Origin: an archaeon CG10_big_fil_rev_8_21_14_0_10_43_11
Lineage (GTDB): Archaea; Nanobdellota; Nanobdellia; PEZQ01
NCBI GenBank assembly: GCA_002763265.1
Contig: PEZQ01000007.1
Coordinates: 1-32,000 of the forward strand
Direction: 5' to 3'
Length of the DNA: 32,000 bases
The notes under the pieces: generated by a model
The model's input: only the letters and a program-made list of their open reading frames with translations
What the model was told of the DNA's origin: nothing
Database searches by the model: none
Shown here: positions 24,688-32,000 of the stretch, piece after piece
How the letters are laid out: the number at the start of each line of letters is the position of its first letter
Position numbering within the stretch: the stretch's first letter is position 1
Made by a program: the position numbers and the translations under genes

Positions 24688-25188
24688 TTACACCTTGCGT
24701 GTTGCAACCCATAACGCCACAATTCCCAGTGCGCTGCTTGCGGCAAACACAACAGGCGTGCTTACGGGTAATTCATCTTGACTAACCGGGTCAGGCTTTT
24801 TAAGACTTTGCTTAATAGTTATGCGCGCTTTTGCATCAGTAACGGTTTTGTCTTCTTTGATGCGAATCTTATAATCATGCGTTCCTGAAACGTACACATT
24901 GTTTTCAAGCAGGGTCTTTACCGACCCTAATGGTGCGAGCGTGTGTTCTTGCAGGTTTTGTGTCCACGCGCCAGACACGCTTGAGCCATTGCTGTATACA
25001 TAGGAGTAGAGTGACACGGTTCGCGTCTGGTTTTGCATATTATAAAGGACTATGTCAGCGCGAACAGTTCCGTTCGTAACGGTGATGTTTGCGTTCATGA
25101 TAAAATCATGTTTTTCAAGGGTGAGTGCTGATGCGGGTAACATCAGAGTAAACCAAAGTAATCCAAGAAGGAGCAGTTTTTGTTTCAT
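24688..25188 (-). CDS. Secreted beta-rich (Ig-like) protein with Pro-rich stalk and C-terminal TM anchor
   Basis: Signal peptide MKQKLLLLGLLWFTLMLPASA, a beta-strand-pattern domain of about 110 aa with N-x-T sequons, then KKPDPVSQDELPVSTP plus VVFAASSALGIVALWVA plus TRKV. Confidence 0.6.
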   Translation of the reverse strand: MKQKLLLLGLLWFTLMLPASALTLEKHDFIMNANITVTNGTVRADIVLYNMQNQTRTVSLYSYVYSNGSSVSGAWTQNLQEHTLAPLGSVKTLLENNVYVSGTHDYKIRIKEDKTVTDAKARITIKQSLKKPDPVSQDELPVSTPVVFAASSALGIVALWVATRKV

Positions 25189-25874
25189 AGTTTTTCCTGT
25201 AGCCTGTTGCGCACATTGACGGTAAGCGCATACATTGCGCCAAAGTAGGTTGCTACATCATCACACGTTGTTTTATCTGCAAGAAGTACTGCAGGTGGTG
25301 TTTGCATCTGCTCGCAAATGGCAGGCACATGGTTTTTGCCAACTACCGCAAACACGCGGCCTTCTGATGTGTTGAGTGCGTAATTAATCATGCGCGCCAT
25401 TGATGCATCTCGAGCAGGACTGGCTCTTTTATCCCAATCTATAAGCGCGTGAAGCAGGGACGTGTCTTCCATGCCAAGAACACGCGCGCGAGCATTAACT
25501 GCTCCAAGAGCTGGAGGCGCGATAAGAAAGAACGTGAGATGCGGTTTTTGCAGGGATTGGGGTATGATACTATACGCATCAGCAAGAAATGGCTGCCATG
25601 CAAACACGCCCTGTATGCGCGATGCAATATAATTGGTTAATTGTTTTTCGTGAACTGTTGCGTGCAAACCATCAAGAAGGGGTTGCGGGTCATCGCGTGC
25701 AAGCACACCTTCCAGACACACGGTGTCATTAGGGCGTGCTACGTTCTTGAGAAAACAGTACTGAATAAGCGAGTTATCAACCGTGTGCGACACGCCAAGT
25801 AACACTACCTTAGGGTCGCGCTCGTAGCGCGCGATTTTCATGCCCTGATTGTAGGCTGTTTTGTAAAGTTCCAT
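25185..25874 (-). CDS. TraB/Tiki (PrgY/GumN/ChaN-like) superfamily protein
   Basis: VVLLGVSHTVDNS...PNDTVCLEG resembles GTxH...PDxVxxE. RDASMARMI...VFAVVGKNHVPAI resembles the second GxxH motif. Its stop overlaps the next start in ATGA. Confidence 0.5.
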   Translation of the reverse strand: MELYKTAYNQGMKIARYERDPKVVLLGVSHTVDNSLIQYCFLKNVARPNDTVCLEGVLARDDPQPLLDGLHATVHEKQLTNYIASRIQGVFAWQPFLADAYSIIPQSLQKPHLTFFLIAPPALGAVNARARVLGMEDTSLLHALIDWDKRASPARDASMARMINYALNTSEGRVFAVVGKNHVPAICEQMQTPPAVLLADKTTCDDVATYFGAMYALTVNVRNRLQEKL

Positions 25875-25913
25875 ATCAGTTATGAGTGGTGCGCAAAAGA
25901 CCGTGCTTAATAA

Positions 25914-25925
25914 TATTTATATACT
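25914..25925 (+). promoter_or_regulatory. Consensus archaeal TATA box TTTATATA
   Basis: TTTATATA at 25916-25923, 43-64 nt upstream of the two candidate ATGs of the coiled-coil operon. Confidence 0.5.
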
Positions 25926-25965
25926 ATTGGGTCCCATGAATTGAGTAGGGAAGGTGAATGAAATT

Positions 25966-26433
25966 ATGGGGATTAAGGAGTTATTTATGAAATCTGATGA
26001 TAAAAACAAGAAGATGACAGCTGAGCCTTTCAAACTTCCTCCACGCCCAGCAGCGTCTATGCCATCAAAACCAATGAGTTATCCAACCATTTCTGCACCA
26101 AAACCAGAAATGCCAAAACCGGCAATGCAAAGCATGCCAAAGCCTGCGATGAAGTCAGAATCTCACCTGCAGGGGTTGCAGACAATTCAAAACGTGCGAC
26201 ACCCTGAACCGCACTTGTTTATCAAAGTTGACAAGTACACCGATGTTCGGGCAAGTGTGAAAAAAATGAATGAACGACTCAAAGACTTGACTGCAACGCT
26301 TGCAAAAATGGAAAACCTCAAAGATGAGGAAGTCAAAAAGATTGACACGCTCAAAGGTGCGATGAAACGAATGGAAGACGTGGTCATTGACTTGGAGAAA
26401 ACGTTCAAAGAAGCTCGTGAAGATTATGAGTAG
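25966..26433 (+). CDS. Orphan protein: amphipathic N-terminus, Pro/Met/Lys low-complexity linker, coiled-coil C-domain
   Basis: ATG 25966 is preceded by AAGGTGA; the alternative ATG 25987 is preceded by AAGGAG; the track start is GTG 25954. Linker PPRPAASMPSKPMSYPTISAPKPEMPKPAMQSMPKPAMKS. The C-domain begins HLFIKVDKYTDV and continues into charged heptads. Confidence 0.6.
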   Translation: MGIKELFMKSDDKNKKMTAEPFKLPPRPAASMPSKPMSYPTISAPKPEMPKPAMQSMPKPAMKSESHLQGLQTIQNVRHPEPHLFIKVDKYTDVRASVKKMNERLKDLTATLAKMENLKDEEVKKIDTLKGAMKRMEDVVIDLEKTFKEAREDYE

Positions 26434-26851
26434 CACGCTTAAACCAGTGTTTGTGGGCATAGAAAATCCAGACATAGTTAGTTCTGATATTGAAACATAC
26501 AAGCACCTCATGCACATTAGTGAAGAAGCGGTCGAAGAGCTGAAAAAACTCAGAGAAGGGTATGATGTTGCAAAAGTCCATTTTCTTGACCAGATGATGG
26601 ATTTTCTTCAGGAATTCAAGCATTTCAAGAAGGTTATTCCAAAAATCAAAATCAAACACCCGTCAAAGACGCATCGCAAAAAAGAGCTTAAACAAAAAGT
26701 TGCGGCACGCAAGCAACAAATGCAATCAGTAAAGAGCGAAACCATTGAGGTCAAAACGCCTGAAAAGACGCGCATTGAGGAGCTTGAACGCATTAAGAGT
26801 TTTAGACGCGACCTTGAACGGATTAATGAACAATTAAGCAAACTCGCATAG
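26426..26851 (+). CDS. Orphan coiled-coil protein, translationally coupled to the upstream gene
   Basis: The ATG at 26426 lies inside ATGAGTAG, which contains the upstream stop. 141 aa, highly charged helices, with a basic patch KIKIKHPSKTHRKKELKQK. Confidence 0.6.
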   Translation: MSSTLKPVFVGIENPDIVSSDIETYKHLMHISEEAVEELKKLREGYDVAKVHFLDQMMDFLQEFKHFKKVIPKIKIKHPSKTHRKKELKQKVAARKQQMQSVKSETIEVKTPEKTRIEELERIKSFRRDLERINEQLSKLA

Positions 26852-26857
26852 CCTGCC

Positions 26858-26867
26858 TTATTTTTTT
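26858..26867 (+). terminator. Oligo-T terminator (TTATTTTTTT)
   Basis: A T7 run begins 10 nt after the stop at 26851. Confidence 0.5.
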
Positions 26868-26875
26868 ATCCTATA

Positions 26876-26888
26876 AATTTTTAAATCA
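26876..26888 (+). promoter_or_regulatory. tRNA promoter TATA (ATTTTTAAATC)
   Basis: Centred about 32 nt upstream of the mature tRNA 5' end. Confidence 0.45.
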
Positions 26889-26913
26889 AACACTTGTCAA
26901 AGCAGTCAATGTT

Positions 26914-26997
26914 GCGGGGATTGCCGAGTGGTCAAAGGCGCAGGACTCAAGATCCTGTGAGTTAGTCTCTTCGTGGGTTCGAATCCCTCTCCCCGCA
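26914..26997 (+). tRNA. tRNA-Leu (anticodon CAA), class II with long variable arm, no encoded CCA
   Basis: Acceptor GCGGGGA/TCCCCGC plus discriminator A. Anticodon arm CAGGA-CTCAAGA-TCCTG. Variable arm GAG-TTAGT-CTC. T-loop TTCGAAT; the T-stem GTGGG/CCCTC carries one U.U mismatch. Confidence 0.9.
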
Positions 26998-27004
26998 CGC
27001 AACT

Positions 27005-27014
27005 TCTTTTTTTA
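27005..27014 (+). terminator. Oligo-T terminator after the tRNA
   Basis: CTTTTTTTA, a T7 run 10 nt after the tRNA 3' end. Confidence 0.5.
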
Positions 27015-27057
27015 ATCATTAGTTTTATTTGCAGTATTGTTCTAAGAATATACTGCT

Positions 27058-28422
27058 ATGAATGGCGAGATTGCAAACATCGTGTTAGGCGTGGTGATTG
27101 CTGCAAGTGTTCTTGGCTACATGTATCAGCGGGATAAGCGCTTATTTTTTCCCGCGCTCGGCTTTTTTGCGTTTGTTGCACTTATGGTGAGCGGACCGTA
27201 TGTTACTGGTTTTTTTGCACACGACCCGGTTGCGCCAACGTGCGAGGGCTGCAACGTGGTAATTATTGTTCCTGAAGTGTTGCGAAAAGATTATCTTGGC
27301 GTGTATTCAGGCGTTTCGTACACGCCCTCCATTGATGCTTTTTTTGCAGATGCATGGAAGTTTACAAACTATTATGGAACCGCGCCCTGGACGCTGCCAA
27401 GCCATACATCAATGCTGACTGGTTTGTATCCAAAAAACCATAAACTCATTCATAACGGCTACAATTTTAGTGAGGATATTATGACTATGGCGCAGTATTT
27501 TGCAAAAAACGGGTATTTCACGATTTCGCTTAATGGCGGAGGTCATATGGGTGCGGATTATAATTTAACGCGTGGTTTTAGTTATGCGCGCGAGCTATAC
27601 CGTTTTGAAAACAACCTTGATATCGCGCTTGACACCATTGAAGCGTTTACCATAGAACCTTTTCTCATGCTCATGTCTGTGTACGATGTGCATGACCCCT
27701 ACAACCGCTACGGACCAGTGAGCGCGGCAACAGGGTATACGGGCGTTCTTGCTTCAGACCCGATTTCAACGCGCTCGCTTGAGCACACGGGTGAATTATA
27801 CGTGCAAAACATTGTCAATCTTTCACGAGCATTCGTGACTTCAAACCAGAGTATTGTCACCCTTAGTGATGAAGATGTTGCTTATTTTCGGGCGCGCTAC
27901 GCGGACAACGTGGTGCATCTTGATAGCAAGCTCAAATCAGTGTTTGACGCGCTTGAAGCGCGCGGTATTCTCAATAACACGATTGTGGTTTTAACAAGCA
28001 ATCATGGTGAGGAACTCTACGAGCACTGGCTCTCGCACAGTCTTATGTACGAGCCAGTGATGAATACACCTCTGCTTTTGCGCATCCCGCAGGCTACAAA
28101 AACAACATACACCAAACTTATGAGTAATGTTGACTTGTTTCCAAGCCTCAGCGCGCTTGTTGGTCTTGACGTGCCAAAAAACATTGATGGCATCAACATC
28201 TGGAATGAAAGCCATGACTATATTTTTGGTGAATCAGATATTCCGCGACACAAATACATGGTAACTGACGGCACGTACAAACTGCTTGTTGAAAACGAGC
28301 ACTTTCTTGGCACTATTGAATTATACAATATCAAAAACGACCCCGGCGAGAATTACAACGTGTACGGGCTTACTGGCGCGCAAACCTATTTTGACCAAAT
28401 CACGTTGTTCTCGCGCTCGTAG
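27058..28422 (+). CDS. Membrane-anchored alkaline-phosphatase-superfamily enzyme (sulfatase/NPP-like, Thr nucleophile), paralog 1
   Basis: Two N-terminal TMs. APWTLPSHTSMLTGLYPKNH corresponds to the NPP-type TxPSH...TGxxPxxH rather than the sulfatase CxPxR. Also present: VYDVHDPY and LTSNHGEELYEHW. Confidence 0.7.
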   Translation: MNGEIANIVLGVVIAASVLGYMYQRDKRLFFPALGFFAFVALMVSGPYVTGFFAHDPVAPTCEGCNVVIIVPEVLRKDYLGVYSGVSYTPSIDAFFADAWKFTNYYGTAPWTLPSHTSMLTGLYPKNHKLIHNGYNFSEDIMTMAQYFAKNGYFTISLNGGGHMGADYNLTRGFSYARELYRFENNLDIALDTIEAFTIEPFLMLMSVYDVHDPYNRYGPVSAATGYTGVLASDPISTRSLEHTGELYVQNIVNLSRAFVTSNQSIVTLSDEDVAYFRARYADNVVHLDSKLKSVFDALEARGILNNTIVVLTSNHGEELYEHWLSHSLMYEPVMNTPLLLRIPQATKTTYTKLMSNVDLFPSLSALVGLDVPKNIDGINIWNESHDYIFGESDIPRHKYMVTDGTYKLLVENEHFLGTIELYNIKNDPGENYNVYGLTGAQTYFDQITLFSRS

Positions 28423-28476
28423 CAATGTTTTTAATTCGCGCAAACAAACAATAATAGAGTAGGGAGAGCAAATAAC

Positions 28477-29844
28477 ATGGTTGTTTTGGCAGTGCTTATG
28501 CGCGTGGTGTATGTATCGCTTATCCTTGGTGTTCTTGTCACCATCATCTCAAAACTGCGCGCGGGAGCAAAGATTGGCGTTATCGTGTTTATTGGGTTTC
28601 TTGTTCTTGGAATCAACGCACAAACCGTGTTTGTGTTTCTTGAAAAGCAAAGTATTAACACTGATTGTAAGGGGTGCAATTTAATTGTAATCATTCCTGA
28701 ACTGCTTCGCCAAGACAGGGTTGGTCCGTACACGCCCTCCATTGATGCCTTTTTTGCAGACGCGTGGAATTTCACAAACGTGTACTCAACTGCTCCCTGG
28801 ACGCTGCCAAGCCATAGCTCATTTCTTACCGGCGTCTACCCATCACGTCATGGCGCGCTCTATGACCAAGCCTCACGGCTTCCTGACACTATTACAAATA
28901 TCGCGCAATTTCTTGCTGCACAAGGATACAACACCAGCGTGTTTAGCGGGTCAAGCCATCTTGGCTCAATTTATAATATTCTTGAAAAGTTTGAGTACGC
29001 ACAAGAAATAATCTATCTTAACGCAACAACTCGCGCCCAGGTAATTTCTGCGCTTGAATCTCAAGAAGGACCTTTTTTTATGGTAATCTCATTTTTCAAT
29101 TTAAGACGCCCTTACAAGACGGGCGCCATTAGTAGCGCGCTCAACTACACAGGACCGCTTACTAATGTGTATTTGGAGGCGCCGTTTTTCAATAATATTA
29201 CCGCACAAAGAACTGACGCAGGTCTTGCATTCACGCTGAACACCGCGCAGGGCCCACTCGCGCTTACGCAAGAAGATATTGATTATGTGCACGCACGAGA
29301 TTATGACACGTATCTTGAAATGGACGCGCAACTCAAAGCGCTTTTTGAGTATTTTGAATCATCAGGCTTAGTGAATAACAGCATTATCATGCTTGGCTCA
29401 GACCATGGCACAGAAGTGTTTGAGCACTGGCTGTCTCGCACTGATTTTTACCAAAGCAGTGTGCACATCCCCGTTCGCGTGCGCACGCCATCTTCAACTG
29501 CGCGCGACATTACGTATTTGATGAGTAACACTGATTTTTTCCCCACATTCGTAAGCATGCTTGGTTTTGACGCGCCGCGCGGGCTTGACGGCGTCAACAT
29601 TTGGCAAGCAAGCCATGACTACGTGTTTGGCGAGAGCCAAAACACGTCAAACGCGTATATGGTAACTGACGGCACGCTCAGGCTTGCAGTGCAGGATTTT
29701 TTTAGTGCGAAAAATGTTGAATTATATAACGTACGCGACGACCCAAATGAAACGCGCAACCTTGCAGAAGAAATGAATGTTGAATCAACTGATATATATC
29801 GTGCGCTTGTCTCGTTTTACAAAAGCAGCGCGGGTTTTCGCTAA
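28477..29844 (+). CDS. Membrane-anchored alkaline-phosphatase-superfamily enzyme, tandem paralog 2
   Basis: Same layout as paralog 1: APWTLPSHSSFLTGVYPSRHG, FFNLRRPY, LGSDHGTEVFEHW. It shares CxGCN-hydrophobic-PE-LR-D and TPSIDAFFADAW blocks with paralog 1. Confidence 0.7.
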   Translation: MVVLAVLMRVVYVSLILGVLVTIISKLRAGAKIGVIVFIGFLVLGINAQTVFVFLEKQSINTDCKGCNLIVIIPELLRQDRVGPYTPSIDAFFADAWNFTNVYSTAPWTLPSHSSFLTGVYPSRHGALYDQASRLPDTITNIAQFLAAQGYNTSVFSGSSHLGSIYNILEKFEYAQEIIYLNATTRAQVISALESQEGPFFMVISFFNLRRPYKTGAISSALNYTGPLTNVYLEAPFFNNITAQRTDAGLAFTLNTAQGPLALTQEDIDYVHARDYDTYLEMDAQLKALFEYFESSGLVNNSIIMLGSDHGTEVFEHWLSRTDFYQSSVHIPVRVRTPSSTARDITYLMSNTDFFPTFVSMLGFDAPRGLDGVNIWQASHDYVFGESQNTSNAYMVTDGTLRLAVQDFFSAKNVELYNVRDDPNETRNLAEEMNVESTDIYRALVSFYKSSAGFR

Positions 29845-29880
29845 GCGTTTATTAATGAAGCATGTCTAACACAAAATGGT

Positions 29881-30414
29881 ATGACGCGCGCGGTTTTGTT
29901 TCTTGTCTTCCTTCTTGGGTGTACTGCTGGCCCGCAGGTTCTGCTTGCCGGCTTTGAGAACACGCATTTTGTGCGCGCAAGCGATGTTGCCGGTGTTGAA
30001 CATGTGCGCTACGAGTTTGAGAACGCGTCAACCTACAAAATGCTCAACATCTATGCGCTTAGCGGAGCAGAACAAGCTGCATATTATGATTCGTGGGTTC
30101 GCTCATTTGAAAGCATATTTGCCGAATCAGAAGCACCCTATCCTGGTGCGGTGACAAAAAAAATTGTTTGTCCTGACGAGTTTTTGCCCGTCATGCAGGG
30201 GAATGTGAGCGCGCGTGCGTACCGCGTGTTTGCAGGCTCGCAAAAAACAGTTGGCGTGTGCTCAAAAGACCTTGTTGCATATTCTTGTCTTATGGGGGTG
30301 TTGGGCTGTGAACAGTATCTCTACGAATTCAAGTATTGTCATACAAGCAGCGGAGAAAGCTATGATTTCTCAAAACTCGCACAAAACCTTACGTGTCCGC
30401 AAACGCCTGATTAA
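29881..30414 (+). CDS. Putative lipoprotein (lipobox LLGC) with Cys-containing ectodomain
   Basis: MTRAVLFLVFLLGC-TAGPQ fits the signal peptide/lipobox pattern. 177 aa with 6 further Cys. Confidence 0.5.
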   Translation: MTRAVLFLVFLLGCTAGPQVLLAGFENTHFVRASDVAGVEHVRYEFENASTYKMLNIYALSGAEQAAYYDSWVRSFESIFAESEAPYPGAVTKKIVCPDEFLPVMQGNVSARAYRVFAGSQKTVGVCSKDLVAYSCLMGVLGCEQYLYEFKYCHTSSGESYDFSKLAQNLTCPQTPD

Positions 30415-32000
30415 TTACGTACCCCTGCATGTAAGCAGGAATGTCCATTCCCATTGCGCTTAGAATAGTAGGCAACTGGTCTTGGTGGCGAATGGGCATG
30501 TCAAGTGAAACGTTCTTGCTAATGCCTTTGCCCATAATAATAAAGGGCGTCCACATGCCGTTTTCTTCTTGAGCAAAAATAGCTTGTTTGTAGCCGGTTT
30601 TGAGTGGTGTTGAAAAGATTGTGTATTTCTCATCCATCTCCTCATACCAGCCGTAGCCGGGAATGTTTGCAAGAAGCAAATCGCCAACACGGTCTTGCGG
30701 CAGGTCAAGGTAGCGGGGCGCGTCTTCCCATCGAACAACACTTGCCGCGGGCTTTGAACCGTCCTCATCTTCAAGCGCGTAAAGTGCGTGGACAACTTCA
30801 TTACGCAATGCTTCGTATTCTGGTCCTGAGGCGCGCTGCCAGTTTCCGCCAAGACCGTTTGGGTTTATGTACACATTGCTCATCTTAAGAAAGATTACGC
30901 GTGTTTTGTCCCAGTCAATAATTGGCTCTCCTGTTTGATTGTTAATAGTAAATGAAAGCCAGCCTTTTTGTGCAAAATAATTGTTAAGGTGCACTTGGCG
31001 TTTGAGTTCAACTGCGCCATGGTCTGAACTGAGGACAAAAAGCGTGTTCTCATCAGTGTTGTTTAGTGCTTTGCCAATAATCGCGTCAAGGGCCTGGTAC
31101 ATGCGAAGCACGTCACTGCGTTCGCTTGTGTTTCCTTGAACAAACGCGCTCATCCACCACTTGCCCGTGAGCATCTGGTTTGGCGTGTAAATGTCGTGGA
31201 TAAACACATCAGGATTGAGCGTGTCATAGATTGCGCCAACTGCGTTTTTATGCCAGTCAAGTGAGAAAAATGCTTCATCAAGAAAGGTTTGCTTATCTTC
31301 TTTTTCATAGATGAGTTGTGGTGGGAAGTTGTCAACAAAATCAACCATGGGTCCTGTTTTTTCATGCACGTGTTCAAATGCTTCTTGCGGGTCAATAACA
31401 GTTGGGTTGAAATTATCATAAAACACGCGCAACCTGAACGTGCCGTCTTCTTTTATAAAAATGGGATGGATTCTAAACGCGGATTTGTACGTAAAATTAT
31501 TCCAAGCAAGCGTGATGTTTGTCCACTCGCTCCACTCCCCTTGCAAGAGCGTGACACGGTTTTGCTTGTCAGTTGACGCGATAAGCGTGTCATAGTTTTG
31601 CGTGTTGTCATCAGTTGAGTCCGTGATAAGTGCGTAAATAGTTGCGCCATACGCGGTGAGGGCGAGTTCTTTTGCCGGGCTAAATGATTCAAAGCCAAAT
31701 ACCCAGTTTGTTGGTTCTGATTCAGGGATGAATTGTGTGAGTGCTTGGCCAAGGTAGAACAGTTTTGCCCCTCTGCCAAGTGATTTTCTAAAGTCTGCGC
31801 GTGATTGCGGTTCAAAAATGAGTGCGGGATTTTCAAACCCCCACCCGCCCCAGCGTCCAAGAATGGTTACGCCTTCACTTAGTTCAGGCGGTGTTGAACC
31901 GGGAACAGAAAGAAGAGCTACGCTTTTTCCTGCATCCTCAAAGAGCGTCCATGCTGAGGGTATTTTTTTTGCAGTTGACGCAAACCCTTTTACTGATGGT
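30389..32000 (-). CDS. Alkaline-phosphatase-superfamily protein (type I phosphodiesterase/nucleotide pyrophosphatase family), 5'-truncated by the window end
   Basis: I translated 31547-32000 in the same frame and it stays open to the window edge (...WTLFEDAGKSVALLSVPGSTPPELSEGVTILG...). The track start at 31546 is an internal TTG. LFVLSSDHGAVEL is the metal-site motif. Confidence 0.7.
   Translation of the reverse strand, partial: PSVKGFASTAKKIPSAWTLFEDAGKSVALLSVPGSTPPELSEGVTILGRWGGWGFENPALIFEPQSRADFRKSLGRGAKLFYLGQALTQFIPESEPTNWVFGFESFSPAKELALTAYGATIYALITDSTDDNTQNYDTLIASTDKQNRVTLLQGEWSEWTNITLAWNNFTYKSAFRIHPIFIKEDGTFRLRVFYDNFNPTVIDPQEAFEHVHEKTGPMVDFVDNFPPQLIYEKEDKQTFLDEAFFSLDWHKNAVGAIYDTLNPDVFIHDIYTPNQMLTGKWWMSAFVQGNTSERSDVLRMYQALDAIIGKALNNTDENTLFVLSSDHGAVELKRQVHLNNYFAQKGWLSFTINNQTGEPIIDWDKTRVIFLKMSNVYINPNGLGGNWQRASGPEYEALRNEVVHALYALEDEDGSKPAASVVRWEDAPRYLDLPQDRVGDLLLANIPGYGWYEEMDEKYTIFSTPLKTGYKQAIFAQEENGMWTPFIIMGKGISKNVSLDMPIRHQDQLPTILSAMGMDIPAYMQGYVINQAFADT

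Noticed and set aside
24231-26997. Integrated mobile element or provirus at the tRNA-Leu gene
   Set aside because: I found no integrase, recombinase, capsid or replication genes. I noticed no direct repeat of the tRNA 3' half elsewhere in the window. The tRNA has its own promoter and terminator, and the genes look like ordinary compact operons.
27317-27410. Near-identical nucleotide patches shared with 28726-28822 (40 of 44 nt, and a 22-nt exact match) considered as gene conversion between the tandem paralogs
   Set aside because: The patches coincide with the most conserved active-site peptide blocks (YTPSIDAFFADAW, PWTLPSH). A few synonymous differences exist. Codon bias plus purifying selection explains them, and there is no extended identity tract.
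1-32000. CRISPR arrays, rRNA genes, diversity-generating retroelement repeats, IS elements
   Set aside because: Reading both strands, I found no regularly spaced direct repeats, no rRNA-like conserved stretches, no reverse transcriptase or template/variable repeat pair, and no transposase ORFs or terminal inverted repeats.

Overview
Gene-dense archaeal chromosomal segment, roughly nine-tenths coding by eye (GC content not computed). The gene content is typically archaeal: aEF-1beta with its Zn-ribbon partner, Pth2, aTrm56, a TruD/Pus7-type pseudouridine synthase, AMP phosphorylase, HerA/NurA/Mre11/Rad50 and a large glycosylatable S-layer protein. Start/stop overlaps are pervasive, three convergent gene pairs overlap at their 3' ends, many promoters look leaderless, and several catalytic motifs are diverged. 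Together this suggests a small-genome uncultivated archaeon, possibly DPANN-like, but that is inference only. One tRNA-Leu(CAA) is present. I saw no rRNA, CRISPR array, transposase, integrase or reverse transcriptase. Main blocks: (1) translation and RNA housekeeping, 362-7993; (2) a double-strand-break repair divergon, with rhomboid-nurA-herA on the minus strand and a small membrane gene-mre11-rad50 on the plus strand, 8231-15431; (3) a seven-gene overlapping minus-strand operon that mixes tRNA modification genes with a GT2 synthase/CE4 deacetylase/acyltransferase exopolysaccharide-like module, 15364-21231; (4) the S-layer gene with a long leader, 21352-24204; (5) two compact operons of unassigned function, 24231-25874 and 25914-26851, the second being a translationally coupled coiled-coil pair; (6) a cluster of three alkaline-phosphatase-superfamily enzymes plus a lipobox protein, 27058-32000. 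The best candidates for something undescribed are blocks 5 and 6, the 237-nt structured spacer between the convergent rnhB and herA genes, and the envelope-polymer module. All functional calls rest on motifs read by eye; no database search was run.
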